A stretch of 64,000 bases of DNA from Haliotis rufescens (GCF_023055435.1 NW_025963890.1:4712001-4776000); one strand, 5' to 3'; positions 24,201 through 36,478 are shown, numbered from the stretch's first letter. Notes: a model not told the origin generated them from the sequence alone. Made by a program: numbers and translations.

Positions 24201-26169
24201 TAAATATAGGGAGATGTAATTCATGGAACTTAATTACATAATTATTGTGTCCTTGTGATGAATATTTAGCAATTACGAGGGTTTCCAACTTGTTATTATT
24301 TGGAAATTCATTACAAGTCGTGAAGAAGACGGGACGAGAAAATGTCGGAGAAATAATATATTAACGAACTTTCATCCACAAATTTGTATGTCACTCAGTG
24401 TGCAGTTCTTGGCAATTGCATCCCAAACATGGGGAGTTCATTAATGTGCTGCGGGATGTTTTTGTTAGTCTTTGAGGTAATCAAGCCATCCACGCGTCTT
24501 GCGAGGTCTCTGTTGCCGTAGTCGTAACGCGCCGATGATGTGATAGCATTTTGTCTGACTGTGAACAGAGAAAATATCACTTAGACAAGCAAGTGGTAAG
24601 AATTGTGTACATTGCCAAGTACTCCAATGCGATACACTTGATAGAGGTTGTCTATTGCACCAAAGTTCATGTCTATTGCAGCTAAGCGCCTGTCTTCTAC
24701 CGTGATGAGACGTTCTGTTTCCGATATAAAAGAAACACGTCTTGTTTCATCGCTGTATTATGTTTGTGCATACTCGCTGATCCCGTCAATGAACTTTACG
24801 TCTTACATTGACGAGCAGGAAGCGCCATCTGTCGGAGTTTCCCAACAAAAGATGTCAGTTTCCGTAACCTCAGTGGAATGTTCGTGTCGACCAATTACAT
24901 TTGTAAGTGATAACATTGACATGCTTCAGGGCATCAATTTCACTCAGCTGATGGCTTGTTTCCGTTGATAGACCCCAAAGAAACTTATCAATTTCACAAG
25001 AGAGAAAAACGCCAGTGTTTGAAAGCAAAAGCACATTTCCTACGTGTCGCTGCTGGAGAGATGGCAGCCATCTTGGAACGTCATGCACGTGTTTGGCGTT
25101 GGGTGTGGCGCGAGATGGCTCTGATTGACAGCTGTACATTTCAGTGCTTTGTCAGAAACTGACACCAACTTAAATAAACATACACGTGAAAACATCTTGT
25201 ATTTGATAGAAATTGATCATTCCGGGTTATTTGCTATAAACACGTCTGGTTATAAGATACATCCAGTGCCAGGAAAATTCTATTTAGCAAAATGGTTTTT
25301 GCGAACCTGGCACCTGAAATTGACAACTGAGGTATTACATGCTGCAAATCTCGTACATGTGTCAAGTGTCTGTACTAAATATATCAAATAGATTTCAGTG
25401 CTGCGTTCTCACGCAAATATCAATATAATATCACAAATATGAATTATAGGAAGTAAATGTTTCAAATGTTGATGAGAAAACGTTGTTAAAACATCATTGC
25501 TTTGAATAAATCTATATTGAATCCGTTTCAAATGTAATTATCAATACGACATATACTTCTTTTTATAAAATGATGATGCATGAAGAAATAAAAAGTTTCA
25601 GGGCCGATAAAAGAAATATAATATCATACGAATGTTCAAGAGTTAGTGCATTGCTGGCCAAGAATAGAAATAATGAGATTTCTCTGAATGGATTCAATAT
25701 ATTCATTGTACGTAAAAATTATCTGTATCATTTCAGTGGCAGATTTGACATTTGAAAACAAAACCTTCCCTGTGTAATGTGTATTTAAAGAGAAACATTG
25801 GTATGTTTCATTTGGGCTCTATAGATGAGTAAGTCATGAACTCTGTGTATCACGAATCTGTGAATTCGATACAAAGTTGCTGGAAATAGCTGACTGTAAC
25901 TGAAGCGAGATATATTCTTTAAAACAACAAACGTTCCATGGGTGCCTATCCTTTTGTGCTTTATCTTACATCGTCACGTTTCTTATGAAACTTGAACTGT
26001 CTATAAAATCAAAATAATCAAGTTCAGTTAAGTTTAAGGTCCTGAAGTACACATTGTAATGACACAACATTTGGCAGCTACAGTTTGCTTATTCAATGAA
26101 TTTTGAGGATTGCAATGATATAAACTGCCGGATATGAGAAAGTGTATATTCAGAAATTGGACTGGATAA

Positions 26170-26355
26170 AAAGATTACAAAGGTTATCAAAAAGTTACTT
26201 GGCTGAAAACAGTCGCCGAAATACTGCAAACTTAAAATCTTAAACACAACTATGATACCCGTATCAATTACCTCTCCATTAAATAACCGCTGCTTTTGTG
26301 TTTCATGTATAGCCACCATCAAACATGTGTGTATAGTTTATTTGTCCGGCAATTT
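26170..26355. repeat. Old dispersed repeat family E copy
   Basis: Homologous to 885-1050 and 11470-11650. Confidence 0.75.
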
Positions 26356-26391
26356 ATATAAACAGATATCTTTCATTCTTGAATTCGAATG

Positions 26392-26553
26392 AGGGGCGGT
26401 CGGGTAGCCTAGTGGTTAAAGCGTTCGCTCGTCACCCCAAAGACCCGGGTTCGATTCCCGACATGGGTACAATGTGCGAAGCCCATTTCTGGTGTTCCCC
26501 GCCGTGATATTGCTTGAATATTGCTAAAAGCGGCATAAAACCATTCTCACTCA
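26392..26553 (+). mobile_element. SINE family A, full length
   Basis: Matches family A; imperfect TSD ttgaattc(g/c)aatg. Confidence 0.92.
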
Positions 26554-27536
26554 ATTGAATTCCAATGTTTTCAGCAATAATTATTAAGAAGGGTTGCACG
26601 CAGTGTACCCATATGAGGAATCGAACCCGGGTTTTGAGGAGCCAACGTTTTACTCACTTAACTACCCCACCGCTACTGTTACACAGTGATGACACCCGGT
26701 GTCTGTGATGTATGACACCTACATAATCAGCCATATACACTGAAACAAACTGACACACTTTGCAAGAGGACAGTGTGAATATAGCTGCCTAACTGTCCAC
26801 TGAATATTATTCCCATGAAGAAGTAAGGTTTGACGGTGCTTTTATAAGCCAGGGGACGGCTATATGAGTATTCTGCATTGTCCTTCTGAGGAATCGAACC
26901 CGGGCATTTGGCGTGATGAGCGGACCAGTTAACCACTCGTACGATCTACCGACCCTTAAACGAATCATTCCAGTTTTATTTGTTCCAAAAATTACATCGC
27001 GATGTGCTTATGAAACATTTAGAAATCAGTTTGAAGTTTCCAATTAGACATTTGACATGATATATAGATTCTGTGTTGGACATTTGATTATTAAAACGTC
27101 CTTTCATACATGAATAACTTGTCGTATCACATCATATGTCGTCCTCTGCTCACTGGAGAGGCACAGTGGTCAAAAGGCAAACTTCGTGCAGAGGCGTTTT
27201 ACTTAGATACCAAATTCTGCTTAGTGTGACATCGAATCCCAGTCGGCAATAGGCTATATTCATGGATTCAACTTAAGAGCTAATGGTACATGGGTTGCAT
27301 TTAACGCTGCTTTTATCATTATTCCAGCAATATACCACGGCAATCATACAAGAAATGGGCTTTGCGTAGTGTTCCTTGTGGGGAATCGAACTTGGATCGT
27401 TGGCGAGAAGAGTCAATGCTTTATCCATTAGGCCACCACACCGCACAACACCAGTAGTGTCAGGAAGTGTGATATTACAGACCAAACAGATCCCGCATTT
27501 GAACTGGTCCCCAGCTGCATATGCTGGCCGTGAGAG

Positions 27537-27822
27537 GAGTGAGTGAGTGAGTGAGTTGGGTTTAACCCCGCTTTTAACAGTATTCCAGTTATATCACAGC
27601 GTGTCAGCTTAATGTGGGAGGGAAGCCCGAAGTGATGCAGGTCTCAGACGTTTACCATTTCGGTGAAACCCACGAGCACGGGTATGGTGCTGACAAACCT
27701 AGAAACATAATCGGGGCGAACCGGGATTCGAACCCACAATCATAGGTTTCTGGCGTGTCCAAGGGACGCAACTCTGCACAGCGAATCGCGGCGCCTTAGA
27801 CGACTGGGCCACCCGTGCCCCC
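27537..27822 (-). mobile_element. SINE family C, full length, inserted in an old family B copy
   Basis: Near-identical to other C copies; B-like sequence on both sides. Confidence 0.92.
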
Positions 27823-27852
27823 TTAATCGTAAAAGGAGGCTTAATGGAACAG

Positions 27853-28208
27853 ACCGCCTCTGTGGTCTAGAGATAGAGCGTCCATCCGGAGAGCGGAATT
27901 CCGGGGTTCGATCCTCGGCCGCGTCATACCAAAAGACGTTAAGAGATGGTACTTGTTGTTACCCTGTCTGGCGCTCGGCTTTAAGGGGCTAAAACAAGGA
28001 CTGGTCGGCTCGGAGTCAGTATACTGTGTCTGAGTGGGGTATTCATGTTAAACTGCGGCATGGTATCTCAGTGAGCTAGCACTATAAATCGGCATCAGTC
28101 CGGATTAGTACAAGCAGCTACATACACACACATGCATGCACGTCGCTATATAAGTGCAATAATCGTGAACGCGACGTTAAACCCAATTTCACCTCACCTC
28201 ACCTCACC
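27853..28208 (+). mobile_element. SINE family D, full length, inserted in an old family B copy
   Basis: TSD ttaatggaacag at 27841-27852 and 28209-28220; B body resumes (caggctcggtgac...cactggattgtct) up to the gap. Confidence 0.92.
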
Positions 28209-28358
28209 TTAATGGAACAGGTAGACAGGCTCGGTGACGTGGTTGATGGCGTGTCAAATACACCTACGACGTGGATCGTTTTTATCATAATATCTATCAC
28301 TGGATTGTCTGACCAAGACTCGAATGTTTAACGCGCGCCGTTATATGGCTGAAGCATT

Positions 28359-28520
28359 NNNNNNNNNNNNNNNNNNNNNNNNNNNNNNNNNNNNNNNNNN
28401 NNNNNNNNNNNNNNNNNNNNNNNNNNNNNNNNNNNNNNNNNNNNNNNNNNNNNNNNNNNNNNNNNNNNNNNNNNNNNNNNNNNNNNNNNNNNNNNNNNNN
28501 NNNNNNNNNNNNNNNNNNNN
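28359..28520. other. Assembly gap (N run)
   Basis: 162 N. Confidence 1.
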
Positions 28521-29149
28521 CATATTGATAAAAATTGTCAAAGTTCTTTTAAATCTCAGTAGAAGAGGCTCTCAGATTCAGAACAATACGCATCCCTCCA
28601 CTCACCCCCTCCCTCTTCTACCTCATCCAGTCGATCAGCTGCATCTCTACACGAGACCAGGTGCGTCTCAGTCTTCAGATTGTGATGAAATACGAGAAAC
28701 AAATCCCACATCCCACAGATCAGGTTAAATAGAATAAAAAGTCTATTGTTGGGCGTCGCCATATTTCTTCATATCCCGAGGATAAGAGAGCGGGAGGATA
28801 AGTGGCTTACTTACTCTCGGTAGCGTTGTTAGTGAGGATGGGAGACAGGCTAGAGATATATGTGCCAGTCTTGGTTAATTACACAATATGACACACCATT
28901 TACTGAATGTAAGTCAGTGTCAGGTTTATCGTATATTTACATAGGAACACTTAATGGTGTGTATGGCAGACCAGATGTTTGGACACCTCAGAATGAAAGT
29001 TTTGAAATTAGCGTTATTTGTCTTTGAAGATAAAAATTACCTTGCTGCATTATCACTCAATGGCATGCAGTTTGAAGATGCGATTTGAACAGGTAGACTG
29101 GCGGCCCAACATGTGGCAAGTTGTATTCATGTCATTCTATATCCAAATC

Positions 29150-29320
29150 AGGGGCGGTCGGGTAGCCTGGTGGTTAAAGCGTTCGCTCGTCACGCCGAAG
29201 ACCCGGGTTCGATTCCCGACATGGGTACAATGTGTGAAGCCCATTTCTGGTGTCCCCCGCCGTGATATTGCTGGAATATTGCTAAAAACGGCGTAAAACC
29301 ATACTCACTCACTCACTCAC
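29150..29320 (+). mobile_element. SINE family A, full length, young
   Basis: TSD tatatccaaatc at 29138-29149 and 29321-29332; (ACTC)n tail. Confidence 0.95.
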
Positions 29321-29450
29321 TATATCCAAATCGTCATCCTAATTCAAATTTAATTATGAAAATCAAGCAGTTTATTATGACCCTATTTATACAGAAACAA
29401 TGTCGCTGTCTCGGTCAATGCATTAAGCCAATTTCAAGACCAAGCTTGTA

Positions 29451-29700
29451 GTGAGTGAGGCTTCACGCCGTTTTGAACAGTATTTCAGTTATATCATGGC
29501 GTGCCAGCTTAATGTGGGAGGGAAGCACGAAGTGATGCAGGTGTCCGACGTTTACCAATCTGGTGAAACCCTATGGGTGTGATGCTGACAGACTTACTTG
29601 TCATCAATGCGAAATGGGATTCGAAACTACGATCACAGGTTTCTGGCTCGCCTAAGGGACGCAGTTCTGCATAGCGATTTCCCGAGCTTCAACCAACTAG
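29451..29700 (-). mobile_element. SINE family C, diverged copy
   Basis: gcttaatgtgggagggaagc.cgaagtgatgcagg...; its head is interrupted by a D copy. Other partial C copies lie at about 21040-21190 and 39459-39595. Confidence 0.85.
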
Positions 29701-29701
29701 A

Positions 29702-30057
29702 GGTGAGGTGAAATGGGGTTTAACGTCGCGTCCACGATTATTGCACTTATATAGCGACGTGAATGCACGTGTGTGTGTGTGTGGCTGCTGTACTAGTCCG
29801 GACTGATGCCGATTTAAAGGGCTAGCTCACTGAAATACCATGCCGCAGTTTAACATGAATTCGAATACCCCACTCAGACAAAGTATACTGACTCCGAGCC
29901 GACCAGTCCTTGTTTTAGCCCCTTAATGCCGAGCGCCAGACAGGGTAACAACAAGTACCATCTTTTAACGTCTTCTGGCATGACGCGGCCGGGGATCGAA
30001 CCCCGGACCTTCCGCTCTCCGGGCGGACGCTCTACCACAAGACCACGGAGGCGGTCC
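29702..30057 (-). mobile_element. SINE family D, full length
   Basis: TSD aaccaactaga at 29691-29701 and 30058-30068. Confidence 0.93.
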
Positions 30058-30741
30058 AACCAACTAGACAGTGAATACAGTGGAAAGCAAGACTACAAGG
30101 AATGTGTGCAATTTGATGCAGACTTGATACGAACATTTCTATCCTGATTCCCTCCGTTCGTGAATAAGCATTCATTGCCGAGCCCCGCCGAGCGAGTCTT
30201 CTTCACTCGTCGACACTCTATTTCCCCCGACGTTGAACAAAACATTCTTTTTTTAAAAGTATTTGGAAAATAAATTGGAACTCGTTGTATTCTGTATATA
30301 CTCTATGTACACGAGTCGCCATCGTGTGATGCACGTGAAATGTGATCTCTGCTGCTGGTCACAAGCTCTGTGGCTAGTTCATGTTAACAATGCATGGAAC
30401 AAGGCTCTCATTCGCTTTTCCGTTTTGTGTACATGCTGCTAGGGATTATGCGAAATACAAAGCCCTGAACAAGGATGTATGTGTCTCTTGTTTTGTCAGT
30501 CTTTCTCTTGAGAGGGTAAGCCTAACTGCATTAGCACCAACATCGTTATAGCAAACATAATGACACCCCATATTATAGTCTAGGCTTTCAAGGTCTATAT
30601 AAACATTTGAACAAAAATAATATCAATTTTACACCGTGTTTCATGTGTCACCGTAGCCGATGGATACATACATGTGTCATTATAGAAAGTGATTCCAAGT
30701 GTACATAAATTTAAGTGATAATGAAGGTATGAATAATTTAC

Positions 30742-31000
30742 GACCCGTGAAGATCCGGGGTAGAATAGATCTTCAGCAACCCATGCTTGCCGTAATAGGC
30801 GACTATGCTTGTCGTTAAAGGCGACTAACGGGATCGGGTGGTCAGGCTCGCTGACTTGGTTGATGCATGTCATCGATCCCAATTGCGTTGATCGATGCTC
30901 ATGATATTAATCACTGGATTGTCTGGTCCAGACTCGATTATTTACAGACCGCCGCCATATAGCTTGAATATTGCTGAGTGCGGCGTTAAACAACAAACAA
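30742..31000 (+). mobile_element. Retroposon family B, full length reference copy (259 bp)
   Basis: Perfect 13-bp TSD atgaataatttac at 30729-30741 and 31001-31013; starts GACCCGTGAAG; no recognisable Pol III A/B boxes. Confidence 0.95.
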
Positions 31001-32850
31001 ATGAATAATTTACAACCAACTGTCCCTTCGATCAAATAGCGTGATGTTAGATGACGTGACCTTGGTGGTCATTTAGACTGTAAACCTCCACAAAGTATAT
31101 TGGAAAATACGTAAATATAATTCAAATCAGAGCGCAAAGACAGTGGCATCTCCTTAAAGGGTCTTTCGGGGTACATATGAATGTATAACTTCCACAGAGT
31201 TTCCCTTTAATAAAACAACCTGGTGTAATGATGGTGTAATGATAGCGTTTTTGAGGTTGAAAACCTTTCCCAAAACTTATCAACACATTCACGCTTCAAG
31301 ACTCCATTCAGTGACTTCGGACTATCACATTTTCGAGTCATGTACAGCGATTGAGTAGAAAACGCCGACGCAAGTGAATAACCAGTCTCGGCGAAACAGA
31401 TTCCAACAGCGTGACAGGCAAAAGAGGTTCAAAATGATATGAATGGATCACTGAAAAATCAGTGATTGCACCACGTGTTGGCGAAAGGGCTGTATTCTGT
31501 CCTGCTGGAAGCAACCGCCATTCACACAATCTGCATGCTTTTGTTGCCTAACGCCCCACAGCAGTAATCCTGACATGAAACCTGTTCTCATTTTTTACAT
31601 TTCAATAATCTGATCCCTCAGATAGAGTCTGATGTTTTCGTGAATAGCAACCTGCCTAAACACACACATCGCTAGTTATTTGAGCAGGATACTATTTTCT
31701 AATTAAATGAAAACTCCCCTCGTCTCAGCCTCTGCAGTTTCCTTTCGGAAATGCTTCATTCTTAGCCCCGTCTCTGGCTTGTTTATCCCCGTAGGCTGGA
31801 GCTCTGCTGGGTTTACTATAAAAGCATCACTTGTTTTCTCTCCGAAATGGCGATAGGCTTTCCCGTTTATATTCGCGCCATTAATTAGGTTCTCGGGCCA
31901 TCAGATAAAGACCAATGACATATGGTAGTCATGTAGAGGAAGATATAATTTGTCAGACAAATTTCTTAGGCGCATCTTCCAGACACCCGATACCTTGTCT
32001 ACAGCATTGGCCGTGAGCAGTTTGATGATCGCGTACGCTGCTAATAGGCCAGATCACGTTCTCGTAATCTCTCGCGTGATAACGCGAGAAATGGCGAGAT
32101 AGGGGGAAGGGATGTGTAAAGTGGCTTTCATTTGATTTTGTTTTAGGTAGGCCTATGGTATTGTTTCTACACCCGCAGCTGGGATAACACCAGCTTGTAT
32201 GTCTTACCTGTGTAGAAATAGTGGAATAACATTCGAGCAGGAAAATAGCCTTGTTTAACACCGGTTTCCATTGTTTGGTAAATAGGGTAACGTAACGATT
32301 CCTTTGATGTTGAAAGATGACCTGATCTGTTATTCAAAGTCAAAGGTCATATCGTTTACACAAGGTGACCGTCTCATTGACGGGATAGAGCAACATTGTT
32401 TAATATCCAGTTCTGCTATTATCCAAGGAGAAAATCGCCAACACCGTACCAGATATAAGCGAACTTTTTTTCAATAACAGGTGCAAAATATCAGCACTTT
32501 CAATGTTTCAATGTCGTAATAACAATGAAAGTCGTTGCAACAAGTATTCGTGGTGTACATTTTGATATAAATCCTGCCTTGTATATCGTTCGTAAGTAAA
32601 CTATTAATAACTTTTAATTGACAATTTTATTTCTTTACTTTCCCTATCCAATACACTAGCTGATTCTACTCTAATCAAGATCATACTCGCAATAGTCTTT
32701 ACACAGGAATAGTTAGCCGACAGGGAGGTGAGTTATTCGGAAAAATTCCAACGTCTGAACAAACGAGTTTTTGCTAACAAGCTCACACAAATCCTATACA
32801 TCATATAAAATGCTTCATTCCTCAAAATCCCAACTTTCTATACATGATTG

Positions 32851-32874
32851 CAGAGACCATAAAATAGGTCTCTG
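32851..32874. mobile_element. 24-bp inverted-repeat insertion with 7-bp TSD (possible DNA transposon footprint)
   Basis: atgattg|CAGAGACC ataaaata GGTCTCTG|atgattg. Confidence 0.72.
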
Positions 32875-34237
32875 ATGATTGCAAGAAATGTGATTATCGG
32901 TTTATATCAACATTTCAAAATCAATTTTGACTGTTTTGCATTTTACGTAAATTCAATATATAAAATAATGAATGTAGATGCCAATAACTTGCATGTGCAT
33001 TATAACAATAAAATTAGGTACACATGTACATATATATTTTTTTATATTCGACCGTCTATGGTACATTTAAGAATGAGTGAGGGACAGATATAAGAATTAC
33101 TATTCACAGGACTCCAGCTAGGAGTCAACATACATCCAATCTATCCTTTATACTGTTCTATATAAGTATGTACTTGTTCAAAGTTTTTAGCGAAATAAAC
33201 ATCTTAAACATACCCTAGGGTAATAACTGTTTATGGCCACGTTTAAGGGGTAATGGTCAGTGTGATTGTCCACATGGTCAGCACATGCCAGACAACATGA
33301 CACTCAGAACGTTGATTTCATTTCAAAGAGCATCAACTAGATCCTATCATGCCTCATCCCATCCTTTGCCCCACACAGGGTCAGTCAGACCTGTAGCGAT
33401 CCCTACTTCAACCCTATCTCATTACGTCTTTGGTTTGCTTTCACGTGTTATCGTGGTAGCGACCATGTCCAGAGTTGCTGTTTCATCGTAGGGTTCTGCA
33501 ATGATAACATCTTGACAATGGCGTATTTTGCTTTGTGTGAATCAAGACGTCAGGTTTGGGTACTGACTAACACTAGGCACCCCACACATTTCCGGAGGTA
33601 ATAATCCTACATAATCAAATATATCATTACCAAAGAGGTTATCTTAGAGAATAATTTTTCTCTTTACTTATATCACCTTCAGATGAAAGTCTTATCGATA
33701 TATATCTTGTACATAGAATTATAACACTTTGTGTGTTCAATCGTGTTTGTGTACTTTACGTGTTTGGGTGATATAATGTTTAAACTAGCGCCACTTTGCT
33801 TGTTTTCATATGATGTATAGATTTTCTATCAAAGGACATAATCGAAAGAACGAATAGCAAAGGGTATGACCTACCGCAAAAAATATGTTTAAGTTCTGAT
33901 AAGTATTTCTTTGGACTGAGAATTATCACACTTTGAAGGATTGAATGACAACTCGGTACTTTGAAGCAAATTGGATCATGTAATAGAGGACACGATATAT
34001 GAAGATCTTTGCTCCAGATTAATATTTCATACGGGTAATGGTAGCGAATATCTCGTATTTAGAATATAAAATACAACCATGGAGGTATGGTATTTTTTAA
34101 GAGATTCTTAAAGATGAAAAATTTCAAGGTATTTTAGACAAGAAATGGACACTGAACATAGCTAAAATAAACCTAAATAAACGTTGAAAATAAACATCCA
34201 TTATGTTCCCTAACATAAATTAAATTAACAGTCATTG

Positions 34238-34512
34238 TGTAATCAATATAAATGTTTGTATCCAACTAGGGTCGCAACTGCACAAGACAATATCACTGTC
34301 TGAGTAACGATACGTACTGTTATAATATCACATGCAGAGATGAAAGTATCTTCCACGTAGATGAAAGTATCATCTACGTAGATGAAATTATGCCGATTAG
34401 GTGTCTCACTCTGACAGTGTGGGTTCGAATCCCGGACAGGTATCAACCCCTAAGAGTAATAGAATCTGTACTTTACTAAGAAAGAGTTATACCAAAAAGA
34501 ACCCGTGTTACA
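34238..34512. mobile_element. Possible solo LTR or short element containing a tRNA B-box
   Basis: TGTAA...TTACA ends, near-duplicate flanks (attg/tttg), internal gggttcgaatccc and a 21-bp tandem duplication (gatgaaagtatc.t.cacgta-like). Confidence 0.35.
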
Positions 34513-35120
34513 TTTGATCACTTTCTAAAGGGCATTGTGTGTTCATACCTTTTTAAGATGTTTAGAATCTACACACCTCTGAACATGTTTAAAATTTAAA
34601 TATGTTCAATAAAGTGCATTTAATCAGGCTATAAATCATATATATATTGAAATCAGATGAGCACATCAGAATCACAGTCACTTGCATAACATATATATAC
34701 CACCAGGGTCTACAACGAACTTGGTACAGTATTAACATAAAATATACAAATAAACCAAGCTAATGGCGGCTTTGAAAATTGATACTTGAGAGAACAATAG
34801 TTTCCGTAGCACAGGTGACAGCGTGACGGAACTGTAAATCAAGACGTTGCATGTTCGAATCACATTTAAAAACCAGAGAATAAATGGATCACTGAAAATC
34901 AGTCATGACACCAATTGTTCGCCTGCAACAAATTTAACATTACGTCTGAAAGCCAGTGTCCTTTGGGCAAAATTTTACAAAATATTCGTGTACAATGTCT
35001 TTTTTTTCGCTCATTGCCATTAGTTTCGTTTCTTCATCACACAAAGTGAGACACTCAATATATGTCGTTATATTCCCTAGTATGCAAAATTCAACATGAA
35101 TCGATACATATCACAACATA

Positions 35121-35294
35121 CAGTACACTTCGGTTATAACGAACTCAAAGGGACTTCTAATTTAGTTCGTTATAACCGTAATTCGTTATAAGCATATATA
35201 CAGAATAACTACTGCAAATAGTCGGGACTAAAAAGTTAGTTCGTTTTATCCGTCAGTTCGTTATAAACGTGTTCGTTATAACCGTAGTTTACTG
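35121..35294. mobile_element. MITE, Tc1/mariner (pogo-like) type, TA TSD
   Basis: ta|CAGTAcacttcggttataacgaac ... gttcgttataaccgtagttTACTG|ta; internal ttcgttataa subrepeats. Confidence 0.9.
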
Positions 35295-36478
35295 TAGAAT
35301 CGATTCCAGGTCAGGAGAACCATAAATTAATAGCACAAGCAAGAGCCACGCCGTCTGGGTACGATGACACACAGTCATTCAATGTTGTCTACATCTCAAG
35401 ACAAGCAGGGCTACTGGTGACCTATTCAGACCCGGAATCCCTACAGGGGAACAAGGCATACGTAAGAGCGTGCATATCCCTAAGGCCCAGTGGGTATGAT
35501 TCCACTTGTACATGGCCCAGTTTGATTAACGAGTTCCTAGTGGTAATAACTGCTGACACTATGGAGGGCGACAGGATCAATGACCTACTGTCGCCCAGAC
35601 TTTAATTGGACAGTCAATGTACACTGGACGTTCTCCAGCATCCTGAACGTCATTAAGTATCCGTGGGGATACCAATACAACATCACAGACTTCAGTCCAA
35701 CATAAAATATCTGAACCCGAACTCATTATTCTTGGAATACGAATTCTAAATAATGGATAATATTTTTTTAATAATTGAAACGTTATCAGCTTAGGTTGCC
35801 TGTAACAAATAAAATATAACATTTTTTCGTTGAGGATTCAATTAACATATTTAAAAAAAAAAGAAACGTTGAAAGATAAAGCTTTGAAACTATGAATTGA
35901 TTAATGGGTTCTCTTGTGTGATGCGTGCTGCTATTTCTACCTTAATGATTCACTGGAGACAGATTAACCGTCAATCCAGCGAATAATGAACACACTTCCA
36001 TATTGACGTACTCATTGCGTGCGTCAGTGTCATAAACATTTAAAATGTCCATTAATGTTGGGTTCTACTTCTTGCAGCGGTATCAAATAACAGATTTGAA
36101 TATCATGAGACATATAATGAAAAAAAGTTAACGTCTTTGGTAATGTTGATCGTCTTTCAACTCAGTCATAATATCTCTTGCCCTAGTACTTCTAATTCAA
36201 TATCTAGGTCTGTTTAAGAATTATCGCCAAATGTTACCATGGTGACTTTCTGAAATATAAATTTTCTAACAACTATTTCAGATCTTCTGAAATCTTTTTT
36301 ATGCGAAAAGGAATTCGATGAGAAACATTAAAAACTAACAAATCAAATTACCACTGACATTTAAATGATTTTATATACAGCCTCATTAAATAGAGGGTAG
36401 TACTGAAACAGCATCAGATAATCAATAGTAAATACCAGGTTTGCATCCAAAACCATTGAAGGTCAACCAATTCCAGAC

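Noticed and set aside
28324-28728. ORFs spanning N gaps (also 53653-53931 and 54622-54927)
   Set aside because: Artefacts of translating Ns.
30742-30860. Family B head as an HDV-like or hammerhead ribozyme
   Set aside because: A G-U-closed first stem can be drawn, but the P3/L3 CC and P1.1 elements and the CUGANGA/GAAA cores are absent. Kept only as an unclassified fold.
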